64,000 nucleotides of DNA from an uncultured Clostridia bacterium (GTDB taxonomy: Bacteria > Bacillota > Clostridia > Christensenellales > Aristaeellaceae), in NCBI GenBank assembly GCA_944364075.1, contig CALVVZ010000001.1, positions 48 to 64,047 of the forward strand, in the 5' to 3' direction. Positions within the stretch are counted from its first letter, which is position 1. Each line of letters starts with the position of its first letter. Below, piece by piece: positions 50,157 through 58,765 of this stretch. The position numbers and the translations under genes were made by a program. Under the pieces are notes generated by a model. That model worked only from the letters and a program-made list of their open reading frames with translations. It was not told the DNA's origin and did not search any database.

Positions 50157-50894
50157 ATGCCCTCCCTGTCGCCCTACAAATCCGAGCTGGACTACGCCTA
50201 TGCCCCCGGCATTTTCCCTGCCATGGAATGCCTGCTCCACCGGGCCGAATGCGCCCGGCGGCTGCTTTTGCATACCAAGGCCGCGGGAACCGAAGGCGCC
50301 GAGAAGCTCGCCGCCCTGGCGCAAAGGTATCATATCCGCATTGAGGAGGCCGACAAGGCCCTGGCGCGCATTTCCGGCAAGGAGAACTGCTTTGCGGCGG
50401 TGGTGTTTGCCAAGTTCCAGGACGCCCTGGACGGGGACAAGCCCCATGTGGTGCTGCACAATCCCTCGGACTGCGGCAACGTGGGCACCATCCTGCGCAC
50501 GGCCCTGGGCTTCGGCGTGGAGGATGTGGCGCTGATTCGCCCCTGCGTGGACCTGTTCGACCCCCGGGTGGTGCGGGCCAGCATGGGCAGCATGTTTTCC
50601 CTGCGCCTGCGGGTCTACGATGATTTTGCGGCATACCGGGCGGAGTACCCTGCGCACGCCCTGTACCCCTTTATGCTGGACGGCTCCCGCTCCCTGCCCC
50701 AGGTGCTGGCGCAGCCCGTGCCGGAGCGCTATGCCCTGATTTTCGGCAACGAGGGCAGCGGATTGCCCGGAGAATTCGCCCAGCTGGGACAGCCCGTGCG
50801 CATCCCCTCCAACGACCGCATCGACTCCCTGAACCTCTCGGTGGCGGCGGCCATCGGCATCTACGGTTTCACACAAAGGCAAGGAAAGGAATAA
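50157..50894 (+). CDS. SpoU/TrmH-family RNA 2'-O-methyltransferase
   Basis: NPSDCGNVGTILRTA, LIFGNEGSGL and IDSLNLSVAAAI motifs. Confidence 0.8.
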   Translation: MPSLSPYKSELDYAYAPGIFPAMECLLHRAECARRLLLHTKAAGTEGAEKLAALAQRYHIRIEEADKALARISGKENCFAAVVFAKFQDALDGDKPHVVLHNPSDCGNVGTILRTALGFGVEDVALIRPCVDLFDPRVVRASMGSMFSLRLRVYDDFAAYRAEYPAHALYPFMLDGSRSLPQVLAQPVPERYALIFGNEGSGLPGEFAQLGQPVRIPSNDRIDSLNLSVAAAIGIYGFTQRQGKE

Positions 50895-50900
50895 TCTGTT

Positions 50901-51434
50901 ATGGAACGCATGGATCTATACGACGCCCAGCGCCGCCCCCTGGGGCGCACGGCCGAGCGCGATGAAACGCTCCCTGAGGGGGCGTACCATCTCATGGCCC
51001 ATATCCTGGTCTTTCACCCGGACGGCCGCATCCTGATTCAGCGGCGGCAGCCCTTCAAGAAGTACTGGTCCGGCCTGTGGGACATCACCACCGGCGGCGG
51101 CGCGCTGGCCGGGGAGGACACCGCCCAGGCCGCCATGCGGGAGGCCCGGGAGGAGCTGGGCCTCGCCGTGGATCTGACGGGCAAGCGCCCGGCCTTCACC
51201 ATCAACCAGGGGCGCACCTTCGACGATTACTACCTCCTTGAGCGGGAGGTGGACCTGTCCGCCCTGCGCCTGGAGCCCAGCGAGGTGGCGGAGGTGGCCT
51301 GGGCCACGGCGGAGGAGATTGTCCGGCTGATTCGGGAAAAGCGCTTCGTCCCCCTGCAAGAAGGGTATGTGCGCTTTGTTTTCGGGCTGCGCCAGGGCGG
51401 CATCCTGCTGCCGGAATCGGAGTGGCCGCGCTGA
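50901..51434 (+). CDS. NUDIX hydrolase
   Basis: Nudix box GGGALAGEDTAQAAMREAREELGL. Confidence 0.8.
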   Translation: MERMDLYDAQRRPLGRTAERDETLPEGAYHLMAHILVFHPDGRILIQRRQPFKKYWSGLWDITTGGGALAGEDTAQAAMREAREELGLAVDLTGKRPAFTINQGRTFDDYYLLEREVDLSALRLEPSEVAEVAWATAEEIVRLIREKRFVPLQEGYVRFVFGLRQGGILLPESEWPR

Positions 51435-51494
51435 GGCGGCGACCGTCCAGGACGGTTTCCCCGGAGCGAACCGGGGGTACGGAAGGAGAAAACC

Positions 51495-52538
51495 ATGTAC
51501 AAGACAGGCGTATACTTCGGCCGGTTCTGCCCGCCCCACCGCGGGCACCTGTACCAGATTGTCGAGGCGTCCACCCGGTGCGAAAAGCTGGTGGTGGTCA
51601 TCTCCGACAACCGCCATCAGACGGAGAAAATCTGTCGGGAAGCCGGCATGCCGATGATTACCTATCAACTGCGCAAACAGTGGCTGTGCCAGCAGGTGCA
51701 GGACATGGACCACATCGTGGTCCGGGTGCTGGACGAGACGGACATCCCCGAGTACCCCGCGGGCTGGGCCGCCTGGTCGGCCCGGATGCGGGAGGTGGTG
51801 CCCGAGGGCATCGACGCCTTTTTCGTGGGGGACCGGGAGTACGAGGCAACCCTGCAGTCCTACTTCCCCGAGAGCGAAATGGTGCTCTTTGACCCCGCCC
51901 GGAGCCGCTATCCCATCTCCGCCACGGAGATTCGCCACAACATCCTGGGCAACTGGCACTACATCCTGGGCCCGGCGCGTCCCTTCTTCGCCAAGAAGGT
52001 GCTCATCGCCGGCACGGAAAGCTGCGGCAAAACCACCCTGACCAAGTGCCTGGCCAAGCTGTTCAACACCTCCTGGTCCGAGGAGGTGGGCCGGTACTAC
52101 GCCCAGATTTATCTGGGCGGGGACGAGAGCATTTTCACCGACGAGGACTTCGGCCGCATGGCGCACCTCCAGGCAGAGCAGGATTATCACGCCCTGCGCA
52201 CGGCCAACAAGGTGTGCTTCTTCGACACGGACGCGGTGGTGACCGATTATTACAGCGAGCTGTACATGGGCCACCGCAACAAGCTGGTGGAGGCCTACAT
52301 CAACCCCGACCGCTACGACGTGCTGCTCTACCTGGCACCGGACGTGGCCTGGGTCAGCGACGGCCAGCGCCTCAACGGCGATCAGGCACGAAGGGAAATG
52401 CTGGACGAACGCCTCATGCGCCTGTACGAGGAATTCGGTTTCAAGGACAAGATGATCGTGGTGCGCGGGGATTACAACCAGCGCCTGACCACCGCCATCA
52501 ACGTGGTGGACAACATGCTCAATCTGCCGCAAAAGTGA
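51495..52538 (+). CDS. nadR: NadR-type NMN adenylyltransferase / ribosylnicotinamide kinase (no HTH domain)
   Basis: Nucleotidyltransferase motif GRFCPPHRGH and a P-loop GTESCGKTTL in the C-terminal half. GGAAGGAG Shine-Dalgarno. Confidence 0.7.
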   Translation: MYKTGVYFGRFCPPHRGHLYQIVEASTRCEKLVVVISDNRHQTEKICREAGMPMITYQLRKQWLCQQVQDMDHIVVRVLDETDIPEYPAGWAAWSARMREVVPEGIDAFFVGDREYEATLQSYFPESEMVLFDPARSRYPISATEIRHNILGNWHYILGPARPFFAKKVLIAGTESCGKTTLTKCLAKLFNTSWSEEVGRYYAQIYLGGDESIFTDEDFGRMAHLQAEQDYHALRTANKVCFFDTDAVVTDYYSELYMGHRNKLVEAYINPDRYDVLLYLAPDVAWVSDGQRLNGDQARREMLDERLMRLYEEFGFKDKMIVVRGDYNQRLTTAINVVDNMLNLPQK

Positions 52539-52548
52539 GGGATGCGCC

Positions 52549-53343
52549 ATGGGAAAACTGCGTCGCGCCCGGGTAGCCGCCGTGGGCAAGCAGGAAGATA
52601 TGCTGCGCATGGCCCGCGCCATGCTGGATAACGGGGACTGGCTCCACGAGGAGGAGGAATACGCGCCCCCAGAAACCCTGGAAAGGCGGCTGGAGCAGGT
52701 GGCCCGGCATGCCCGGTGGGAGGGCGGCGAGTTCTGTGGTTTCCTGGCGGAGATGATCTCCCCCAATCCCTATGGGGAGCTGATTCCAGAAACCTGCCGC
52801 CTGCAGGTGACGGAGCATCCCTGCGGGCTGTGGACGGCGCTGTTTACCATGGACAGCGAGGACGCCTTTCAGCCCGAGGACTGGGTCAAGCTTCATGAGC
52901 GCAGCGGGCGCATGCCTTTTTTTGCCATGCACGCGGGAGAGGATTTTGCCATGGAGAAGGGCGGGGTCATCTTTACCGGCGGCGCCTATTATGAGGACTG
53001 GAACCTCATGGGCGAGATCTGGCTGTGGCTGCAAAAGCAGTACTACGCCGGGCGCTCCCCCGAAGAGATTCCCCAGGCACTCCAGCGTCTGGACGCCGTG
53101 CTGGCCAGGGAATGGGACCAGGATGCCCGGGCCCTCCTGCAAAGCTGCCTTGCCCACCTGGAGCGCGTGCAATCCGCCGTCCGGGCGGTTACCGCGGACG
53201 CCCTGGCCCAGGCGCGGGAAGCCAAAGACTTCCACGAATTGTTTTCCCTGCAGGCCGCTCTGGCCGGCGGCGCGCTGTGGGACATTGACCGCGTGGCCCG
53301 CTGGCGCGCATGCCTGGAAAGCGACCTGACCGCCTACGCCTGA
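52549..53343 (+). CDS. Hypothetical protein (264 aa)
   Basis: ORF with ordinary amino-acid composition, 11 nt after nadR. Start uncertain. Confidence 0.5.
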   Translation: MGKLRRARVAAVGKQEDMLRMARAMLDNGDWLHEEEEYAPPETLERRLEQVARHARWEGGEFCGFLAEMISPNPYGELIPETCRLQVTEHPCGLWTALFTMDSEDAFQPEDWVKLHERSGRMPFFAMHAGEDFAMEKGGVIFTGGAYYEDWNLMGEIWLWLQKQYYAGRSPEEIPQALQRLDAVLAREWDQDARALLQSCLAHLERVQSAVRAVTADALAQAREAKDFHELFSLQAALAGGALWDIDRVARWRACLESDLTAYA

Positions 53344-53444
53344 AAAAACATGGACGAACGGCCCCGGATTTTCAAAGCCCATCTATGCGATCCCTTCCAA
53401 TTTATTTATACAGAAAAATACATGACCGCCTGTCAAAAAGCCTG

Positions 53445-53475
53445 AAAAAGTCGGGGGAGCCGCAGCTCCCCCGAC
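53445..53475 (-). terminator. Intrinsic terminator / REP-like hairpin
   Basis: 11-bp stem gtcgggggagc (53450..53460) pairs with gctcccccgac (53465..53475), loop cgca. Followed by TTTTT on the minus strand. Confidence 0.6.
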
Positions 53476-53483
53476 TTCATGTC

Positions 53484-53506
53484 AAAAAAAGCGCCGCCTT
53501 GGGCGC
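53484..53506 (-). terminator. Weak intrinsic terminator
   Basis: gcgcc (53491..53495) pairs with ggcgc (53502..53506). Followed by T7 on the minus strand. Confidence 0.4.
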
Positions 53507-53647
53507 ACGCTGAGCGCTTAGGGATCGGTCCTCAAAAGCACGCATTTTGAAATGCTTCCTTTTTGAGGATCTCCGTGTATGAAAGCCGAGGGAACGGCGG
53601 CGCAGTTTTTTCTGCCGCCTCCGGGCGTTTTGCCGGTCTGCGCCGTC

Positions 53648-53956
53648 TTACTGACCGCTGGCCGTCATTTCCTTATCGGCAATGCGCTTGGATATATCGG
53701 CATAGGTGTTGCATGCATCCTGCAAATGGTCGCTGAACGCCTGGTATCCCCGCGCCATGCGCCTGCCGCATTCGTCCAGCCCATCGCAGGCGGCAAAGGC
53801 TTCCTGCAGAAGGCGGCCTTCGTTTTCCGGGCAAACCTGCAAAAGGCGCTGGATCTGCTCCTGGGCATCCTTGCCAATGCGCTCCATCTCCCGGGCCGCC
53901 GTCTCCATGGCGCCGGCAGCCTGCATCAGGGTACAAAAAACTGCTTTTACGATCAT
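53648..53956 (-). CDS. Small helical protein (102 aa)
   Basis: AAGGAAG Shine-Dalgarno. Third gene of a three-gene small-protein operon. Confidence 0.55.
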   Translation of the reverse strand: MIVKAVFCTLMQAAGAMETAAREMERIGKDAQEQIQRLLQVCPENEGRLLQEAFAACDGLDECGRRMARGYQAFSDHLQDACNTYADISKRIADKEMTASGQ

Positions 53957-53969
53957 GCTGTATACTTCC

Positions 53970-54179
53970 TTACCATTTATGCGCGGACAGATCCTGCAGG
54001 CACGCCAAGGCTTCCCCGCAGGATTCTATTTCGCGGCGGAGAGCGCGTGCGGCATGATTGCCCGTATCTTGCTCCACAGCCAGCCGGTACTGAGGCTCAT
54101 AGGCCAGGGCGCGATAGACCGACTGGAGAATATTCCTTGCCTGGTCAACGAGTCTCATCATGTCAGCTTCGTTTGCCAT
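53970..54179 (-). CDS. Small helical protein (69 aa)
   Basis: AAGGAGGG Shine-Dalgarno before the ATG at 54179. Confidence 0.55.
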   Translation of the reverse strand: MANEADMMRLVDQARNILQSVYRALAYEPQYRLAVEQDTGNHAARALRREIESCGEALACLQDLSAHKW

Positions 54180-54188
54180 AGTCCCTCC

Positions 54189-54404
54189 TTACAAATCAAA
54201 AAGTTTTTCGCCCCGGGCGCAGAGGGCGTTTTCCGCGCCGGTAAGCTGCGAACGCACCGCCATGAAATGATCTCTGAGCCTGGCGATACCGTCCGTACCC
54301 ACGGACCAGTTCAGGGCTGTCAGCGCACCGGAACGCACCGCCGCGACGGAAGCCGTTGCCAGCTTGACGTTTGCGTTCGGGTCATACAAGTTAACATATG
54401 ACAA
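54189..54404 (-). CDS. Small protein (about 71 aa, start uncertain)
   Basis: C-terminal part of ORF 54189..54533. TTG at 54404 is a candidate start but no clear Shine-Dalgarno is seen. Confidence 0.3.
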   Translation of the reverse strand: MSYVNLYDPNANVKLATASVAAVRSGALTALNWSVGTDGIARLRDHFMAVRSQLTGAENALCARGEKLFDL

Positions 54405-54532
54405 TTTATAACCGCGTATTTTTTTGCCCGCAAGGGTGTTGTTAGAATTCACTAACTCAAAAAAAGTCCGGTATATTGAAGATGATTTGCACAGCATCTT
54501 TGCAAAACCACATACAGGGAGGCGCAACAGCA

Positions 54533-55900
54533 ATGGCTAACGTATCCAGAAGAAATTTTCTCAAGGGCGTCGGCGCTATGGGCCTGGGCATGGGCATGAT
54601 GCCGATTTTGTCCGTGTTGGGCGTGGATGCCAAGGCCAAGGCCGAAGGAATCGAATCCGCGGTGGAAGGCCTGAAGCACTTTGCAAACATCAACAGCTCT
54701 GACGAGCTGCTGGAAGCCGTTCTGGCCGAATCCGAGGTCACCAGCGACCTGACCATGAGCGACGGCACGGTGATTCCCGCGGTCTATGTGCGCATGCGCA
54801 ACCGCATCAACCGCATCGGCAAGGGAATCGGCTCCATCCCCAGCGCCAACAGCTACGAAATGATCATGGAGCTGTGGAGCGAGGAGGACGCGGAGAATTA
54901 CCTCAAGATGCCGTTGCATCAGGCGTTTACCGCTGCCAACTATGCGGTGGAAGCCGGCATCACCGAGGAAGCGGCCTCCGCCATTCTGGAAGACCAGGCG
55001 CACCGCAACCTGATCTGGCGCATGGTGCGCGGCGACCAGCCCTATTATGCGCTGATGCCCTACATCAACGGTTTCTGGGAGTTCGGCGAACTGGACCGCG
55101 CGCTGCACGGCACCATGGAAGACGTGGCCAAGTTCGACTCCCTGGGCATTTCCGGCACTGACCCCAACTCCAACGGCTACGACACCACCTTCCCGCTGTT
55201 CCGCTCCTATCCCATCAGCAAGGACGTGGTGGAAGGCGGCGAACTGCATCCCTACGAGGACTGGCGCGCCATCATCAAGCGGCACAAGACTATTACGGTT
55301 TCTCCCTGCCAGTGCCGCACCATGTGGCAGGCGCTGGGCGTGCCCTATCCCGAAGAGCATCCCATGAACACCTGCCTGTCCCTGGGCGAAATGGCGGAAT
55401 ATTTCATTGAGAACGATATCGGCAAGCAGATCACCCAGGATGAAGCCATCGCCATCGTCGAGGACATCATCTCCAAGGGCATGGTCGTGGAAGCCATCTG
55501 CGCCAAGAACCCGGACATCATCTGCTGCTGCCACAGCGACAGCTGCGGCAACCTGATGGGTTTCCGCGGTATCGACGGCAAGGGCGCCTGCGCCAAGTAC
55601 TACAACGCCTACACCCTGGCGTATGACAAGGACAAATGCCTCAAGTGCGGCCTGTGCGTGGACAAGTGCCCCATGCATGCCATTTCCCAGGGCGAGGACG
55701 GCTATGTGGTGCTGGATGACGCCTGCGTCCGCTGCGGCCAGTGCGTACCCGTTTGCCCGGGCAAGGCCCGCATCCTCAAGGCCATTCCCGACTATCCCGA
55801 GCTGCCCGAGGACTACATCGACTGCAACCGGTTCTTTGCCAAGGATCGTATGCAGCGCGGCCAGCTGGTGGACTTCACCGACAGCACGCTGGACGTCTAA
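54533..55900 (+). CDS. Tat-signal protein with a C-terminal 4Fe-4S dicluster domain
   Basis: Twin-arginine signal (SRRNFLKGVGAMGLG). Two CxxCxxCxxxCP motifs (CLKCGLCVDKCP and CVRCGQCVPVCP). GGGAGG Shine-Dalgarno. Confidence 0.7.
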   Translation: MANVSRRNFLKGVGAMGLGMGMMPILSVLGVDAKAKAEGIESAVEGLKHFANINSSDELLEAVLAESEVTSDLTMSDGTVIPAVYVRMRNRINRIGKGIGSIPSANSYEMIMELWSEEDAENYLKMPLHQAFTAANYAVEAGITEEAASAILEDQAHRNLIWRMVRGDQPYYALMPYINGFWEFGELDRALHGTMEDVAKFDSLGISGTDPNSNGYDTTFPLFRSYPISKDVVEGGELHPYEDWRAIIKRHKTITVSPCQCRTMWQALGVPYPEEHPMNTCLSLGEMAEYFIENDIGKQITQDEAIAIVEDIISKGMVVEAICAKNPDIICCCHSDSCGNLMGFRGIDGKGACAKYYNAYTLAYDKDKCLKCGLCVDKCPMHAISQGEDGYVVLDDACVRCGQCVPVCPGKARILKAIPDYPELPEDYIDCNRFFAKDRMQRGQLVDFTDSTLDV

Positions 55901-56012
55901 GCCGCGGAAACGCAAAGGAACGAAATCAGCAACCCGGCAAGGCATGCGCGCAAGCGTGAAAACCGGAGAGGCCGAGGTCCCTCCGGCGTCTTCCCGGGGG
56001 TTTTGACAATCC

Positions 56013-56046
56013 GAGCTGTCACAACGCTCCGGCCTTGTGACAGCTC
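56013..56046. promoter_or_regulatory. Perfect 12-bp inverted repeat with a 10-nt spacer upstream of hypA
   Basis: gagctgtcacaa (56013..56024) pairs with ttgtgacagctc (56035..56046), followed by CATTTTC. It could be an operator or a terminator. Confidence 0.45.
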
Positions 56047-56372
56047 CATTTTCACCAACGGAAAGGCGCGTTTGCAAAGCCATGCATGAAATGTCCCTGG
56101 TACGCAACATCCTGGCGCTGGTCAAGGAAGAAGCCGAAGCGGCCCATGCCAGCAGGATCACCGCGGTGCATCTCGTCGTGGGAGAAGGGCGGGATATTGT
56201 GGAGGATCTGCTACAGTCCATGTTCCGCTTCCTGGCCCGGGGCACCGTGGCGGAGGACGCGGCGGTGATCGTGCATCATGTGCCCTACAAGGTGCGATGC
56301 AATCAGTGCCGGACGGAATTTCATCTGGAAATCATGCGGCCGGAAAAATGGGCCTGCCCCAACTGCAACGCA

Positions 56373-56393
56373 TACAAGGACTATACCCTTGTC
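56373..56393 (+). repeat. 21-bp direct repeat, left copy (tacaaggactatacccttgtc)
   Basis: Identical to 56590..56610. Confidence 0.95.
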
Positions 56394-56589
56394 CAGGCTG
56401 TCAAAAAACCCCGGGGAGGCGTCGGAGGGGCCGAAGCCCCTTCGACTTTCATTCGTATCCGCCGGCTCTGCCGGCGGGGCGGGTTGTTGATTTTGCTTGC
56501 AAAATCAATTCCTTACAACTTCGGACGACCTCTGGTTGGCCGAAGTTGCTTTCTCAAAAAAGTGGCGGCGCCACTTTTTTGACACGCTG
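56394..56589. mobile_element. 196-bp MITE/REP-like insertion with 15-bp terminal inverted repeats
   Basis: The ends are caggctgtcaaaaaa and ttttttgacacgctg (13 of 15 complementary). The interior is a chain of hairpins at 56421..56446, 56488..56509, 56515..56547 and 56556..56580. No ORF. Confidence 0.6.
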
Positions 56590-56610
56590 TACAAGGACTA
56601 TACCCTTGTC
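56590..56610 (+). repeat. 21-bp direct repeat, right copy
   Basis: Identical to 56373..56393. Confidence 0.95.
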
Positions 56611-56690
56611 AGCGGCCGGGAATTCTATATCAGCCGCATTGAAGCGCAGCGGCAGGCGTCCGATTCCACGCAGAAAGACGGTATACCGGA

Positions 56691-57380
56691 ATGAATGATA
56701 CCCAATTTATCGAAGTGAAAAAGAACATCCTGGACCATAACGACCGCATCGCCGACGCCTTCCGTGCCGAGCGCACCAAAGACCGGACGTTTCTGATGGA
56801 CATCATGGGTTCGCCCGGCGCGGGCAAAACCTCCCTGCTGCTGGCGCTCATCGCCGCCCTGCGCAGGGAAGGCAGCCCGGAAATCGGCGTCATTGAAGCG
56901 GATCTGGAATCGGACGTGGATGCGTTGAAGATCAAGGCCGCGGGCATTCCCTCGGTGGAACTGAATACCAAGGGCGTGTGCCATGTGGAAATGGGCATGA
57001 TGAAGCAGGCGTATTCCGCCTTCGCCGGCCGGAAATTCGATTATCTCTTTTTGGAGAACATCGGCAACCTGGTTTGTCCCGCGGACTTTGACACGGGCTG
57101 CCACCGGCGCGTGATGCTGCTCTCCGTGCCGGAGGGTTGGGACAAGGTATGCAAGTATCCGCCCATGTTCGGCATTGTGGACGCCCTGATCGTGACCAAA
57201 TGCGACTACCTTCCGCTGAACCCGGATTTCGATATGCAGGCATTATGCGACCACGCCCGGGTGCTGAACCCCAGGCTTCAAATCTTCGTCACCTCCGCCC
57301 GCACGGGCGAAGGCATCGAGGAAGCCGCCGCCTGGATACGCAGCCAGCGGGAGGAAGTTCTGGCCTCACAGACTAAATAA
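56691..57380 (+). CDS. hypB: Hydrogenase nickel-incorporation GTPase HypB
   Basis: P-loop GSPGAGKT, ENIGNLVCP and TKCD motifs. ATGA overlap with the hypA end. Confidence 0.88.
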   Translation: MNDTQFIEVKKNILDHNDRIADAFRAERTKDRTFLMDIMGSPGAGKTSLLLALIAALRREGSPEIGVIEADLESDVDALKIKAAGIPSVELNTKGVCHVEMGMMKQAYSAFAGRKFDYLFLENIGNLVCPADFDTGCHRRVMLLSVPEGWDKVCKYPPMFGIVDALIVTKCDYLPLNPDFDMQALCDHARVLNPRLQIFVTSARTGEGIEEAAAWIRSQREEVLASQTK

Positions 57381-57393
57381 GGAGTGACGTTTT

Positions 57394-57651
57394 ATGTGTT
57401 CCAATGGTGTAAATGCCACGCAATTTCTTCAGATGATTGACCTGCTTGACGATCATGTGGCGGTAGAGTACCGCTGGGCGCACCGCCTGGCGCACACCGC
57501 CGAAAACGGCGGCTGCAATACCGCCTCCGAAAAGCTGCACCAGGCCCAGTCCATGCTGGCCGAGGTTCGGGCTCTGCTGGACGAAGCCAAGTCCAGCTTT
57601 GAGGACGACCTGGAAAGCGGCGCGGCGCAGACCACCGCCAAGCTGGTGTAA
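57394..57651 (+). CDS. Hypothetical small protein (85 aa)
   Basis: AAGGAG Shine-Dalgarno. Followed by a strong terminator. Confidence 0.5.
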   Translation: MCSNGVNATQFLQMIDLLDDHVAVEYRWAHRLAHTAENGGCNTASEKLHQAQSMLAEVRALLDEAKSSFEDDLESGAAQTTAKLV

Positions 57652-57705
57652 GCCTGCCGCCTTTGCCGCTTTCCTGGAAGCGGCTGCAAAAGCGGCGATT
57701 GCAAG

Positions 57706-57758
57706 CGCCCCTCCTGTCCCGGCACACAGATGCGTGCCAGGCAGGAGGGGCGTTTTTT
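57706..57758 (+). terminator. Intrinsic terminator
   Basis: cgcccctcctg (57706..57716) pairs with caggaggggcg (57742..57752), followed by T6. Confidence 0.7.
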
Positions 57759-57841
57759 GCTTTGCCCGGCGGCGCCGTGACGCCTTCCCGAGGATTCCTG
57801 ACCGTCCGGGCCGCCGCAGCATCGGGCGATGCTACGGCTTT

Positions 57842-58753
57842 TTATGTGGAGCGTCCAGACGCCGGTTCCCCGGCGGGAGCCAGGTTCACCAGGAAGATAC
57901 TGCCGATGATCAGCGCGCCTCCCGCCAGGGTGGCCAGGGTCAGCGTCTCTCCCAGGAACAGCACCCCCGCCACCATGGTGGTCAACGGGATCAGGTTGAT
58001 GAAAATGGCCGAAGCCAGGGGAGAGAGCGCCGTCAGGGCGTTGCCGTACAGGTAGTAGCACAGCGCCGAGCAGACCAGCGCCAGCACCGCCGCGCTGGCC
58101 CAGCCGTCCCAGGAGACGGCGGCGGGGGCAAACCCTTCCGCCAGGGCGGCGGGCAGCAGCGTCACCGCGGCCATGACCGCCTGCCAGGCGTTCATGCTCA
58201 GGCTGGAATACCGCTGGCGCAGCCTGCGGCTGAGGAAGATGTAGGCCACCCACGCCAGGCTGGCCCCGAAGATGAACAGAATGCCCGCCAGGGAGTCCGT
58301 GCCCTCCCGGGAGGAGGAGAGGGTAATCAGTCCCACCCCGGCCAGGGACAGGAACGCGCCCGCCGCCTGCATGGGCCGCAGCCGGGCGCGGGCAAGCAGC
58401 GCCTCCGCCCCCAGGGTCAGCACGGGAATGGCCGCCAGTATCAGCGACGCGCTCACCGTGGAGGTGCGCCGGATGCCGTTGTATTCACAAAAATAGTATA
58501 CGGTGATCCCCGCCAGGGAGGAAAGGAACATGGGCAGGATGTCCTCCCGGCGCAGCCGCGGGAGGCCCTCCCGCCACATCAGCAGGGGCGCCAGGGCCGC
58601 CGCGGCCAGCACGTAGCGCACAAAGGCCAGCCCCATGGGCTGAAAGCCCGCGTTCATGCCCTGTTTGCTGAAAATAAAGGACAATCCCCACATGACGTTG
58701 ATAAACACCATGGTTCCGTAGGTCTTTCGCATGATCGCTCGGTTCCTTTCCAT
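57842..58753 (-). CDS. EamA/DMT-family permease
   Basis: About 10 hydrophobic segments in two EamA-like halves. Start is 58753 or 58732. Confidence 0.75.
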   Translation of the reverse strand: MERNRAIMRKTYGTMVFINVMWGLSFIFSKQGMNAGFQPMGLAFVRYVLAAAALAPLLMWREGLPRLRREDILPMFLSSLAGITVYYFCEYNGIRRTSTVSASLILAAIPVLTLGAEALLARARLRPMQAAGAFLSLAGVGLITLSSSREGTDSLAGILFIFGASLAWVAYIFLSRRLRQRYSSLSMNAWQAVMAAVTLLPAALAEGFAPAAVSWDGWASAAVLALVCSALCYYLYGNALTALSPLASAIFINLIPLTTMVAGVLFLGETLTLATLAGGALIIGSIFLVNLAPAGEPASGRST

Positions 58754-58765
58754 GCTTTGCCGGGA

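Larger units (their letters stand above)
56082..56694 (+). pseudogene. hypA: hypA (hydrogenase nickel-insertion protein) interrupted by a 217-bp insertion/duplication
   Basis: MHEMSL ... CNQC ... CPNC ... YKDYTLV reads into the insert. The expected C-terminus YKDYTLVSGREFYISRIEA resumes at 56590 in the +1 frame and ends by overlapping the hypB start. Confidence 0.75.

Noticed and set aside
49218-50882. 554-aa minus-strand ORF. Similar giant antisense ORFs occur at 50916..52766, 54452..56245, 57599..59362 and 60391..62151.
   Set aside because: Each lies exactly opposite a gene with clear motifs (ftsY/trmH, nadR, the 4Fe-4S protein, eamA, the ABC ATPase). All have Gly/Ala/Arg/His/Pro-dominated low-complexity translations.
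56037-56582. 181-aa ORF that could be read as an intact, unusually long HypA.
   Set aside because: After residue ~104 the translation (QAVKKPRGGVGGAEAPSTFIRIRRLCRRGG ...) comes from the TIR/hairpin insert. The genuine HypA C-terminus is found downstream in another frame after a 21-bp repeat.
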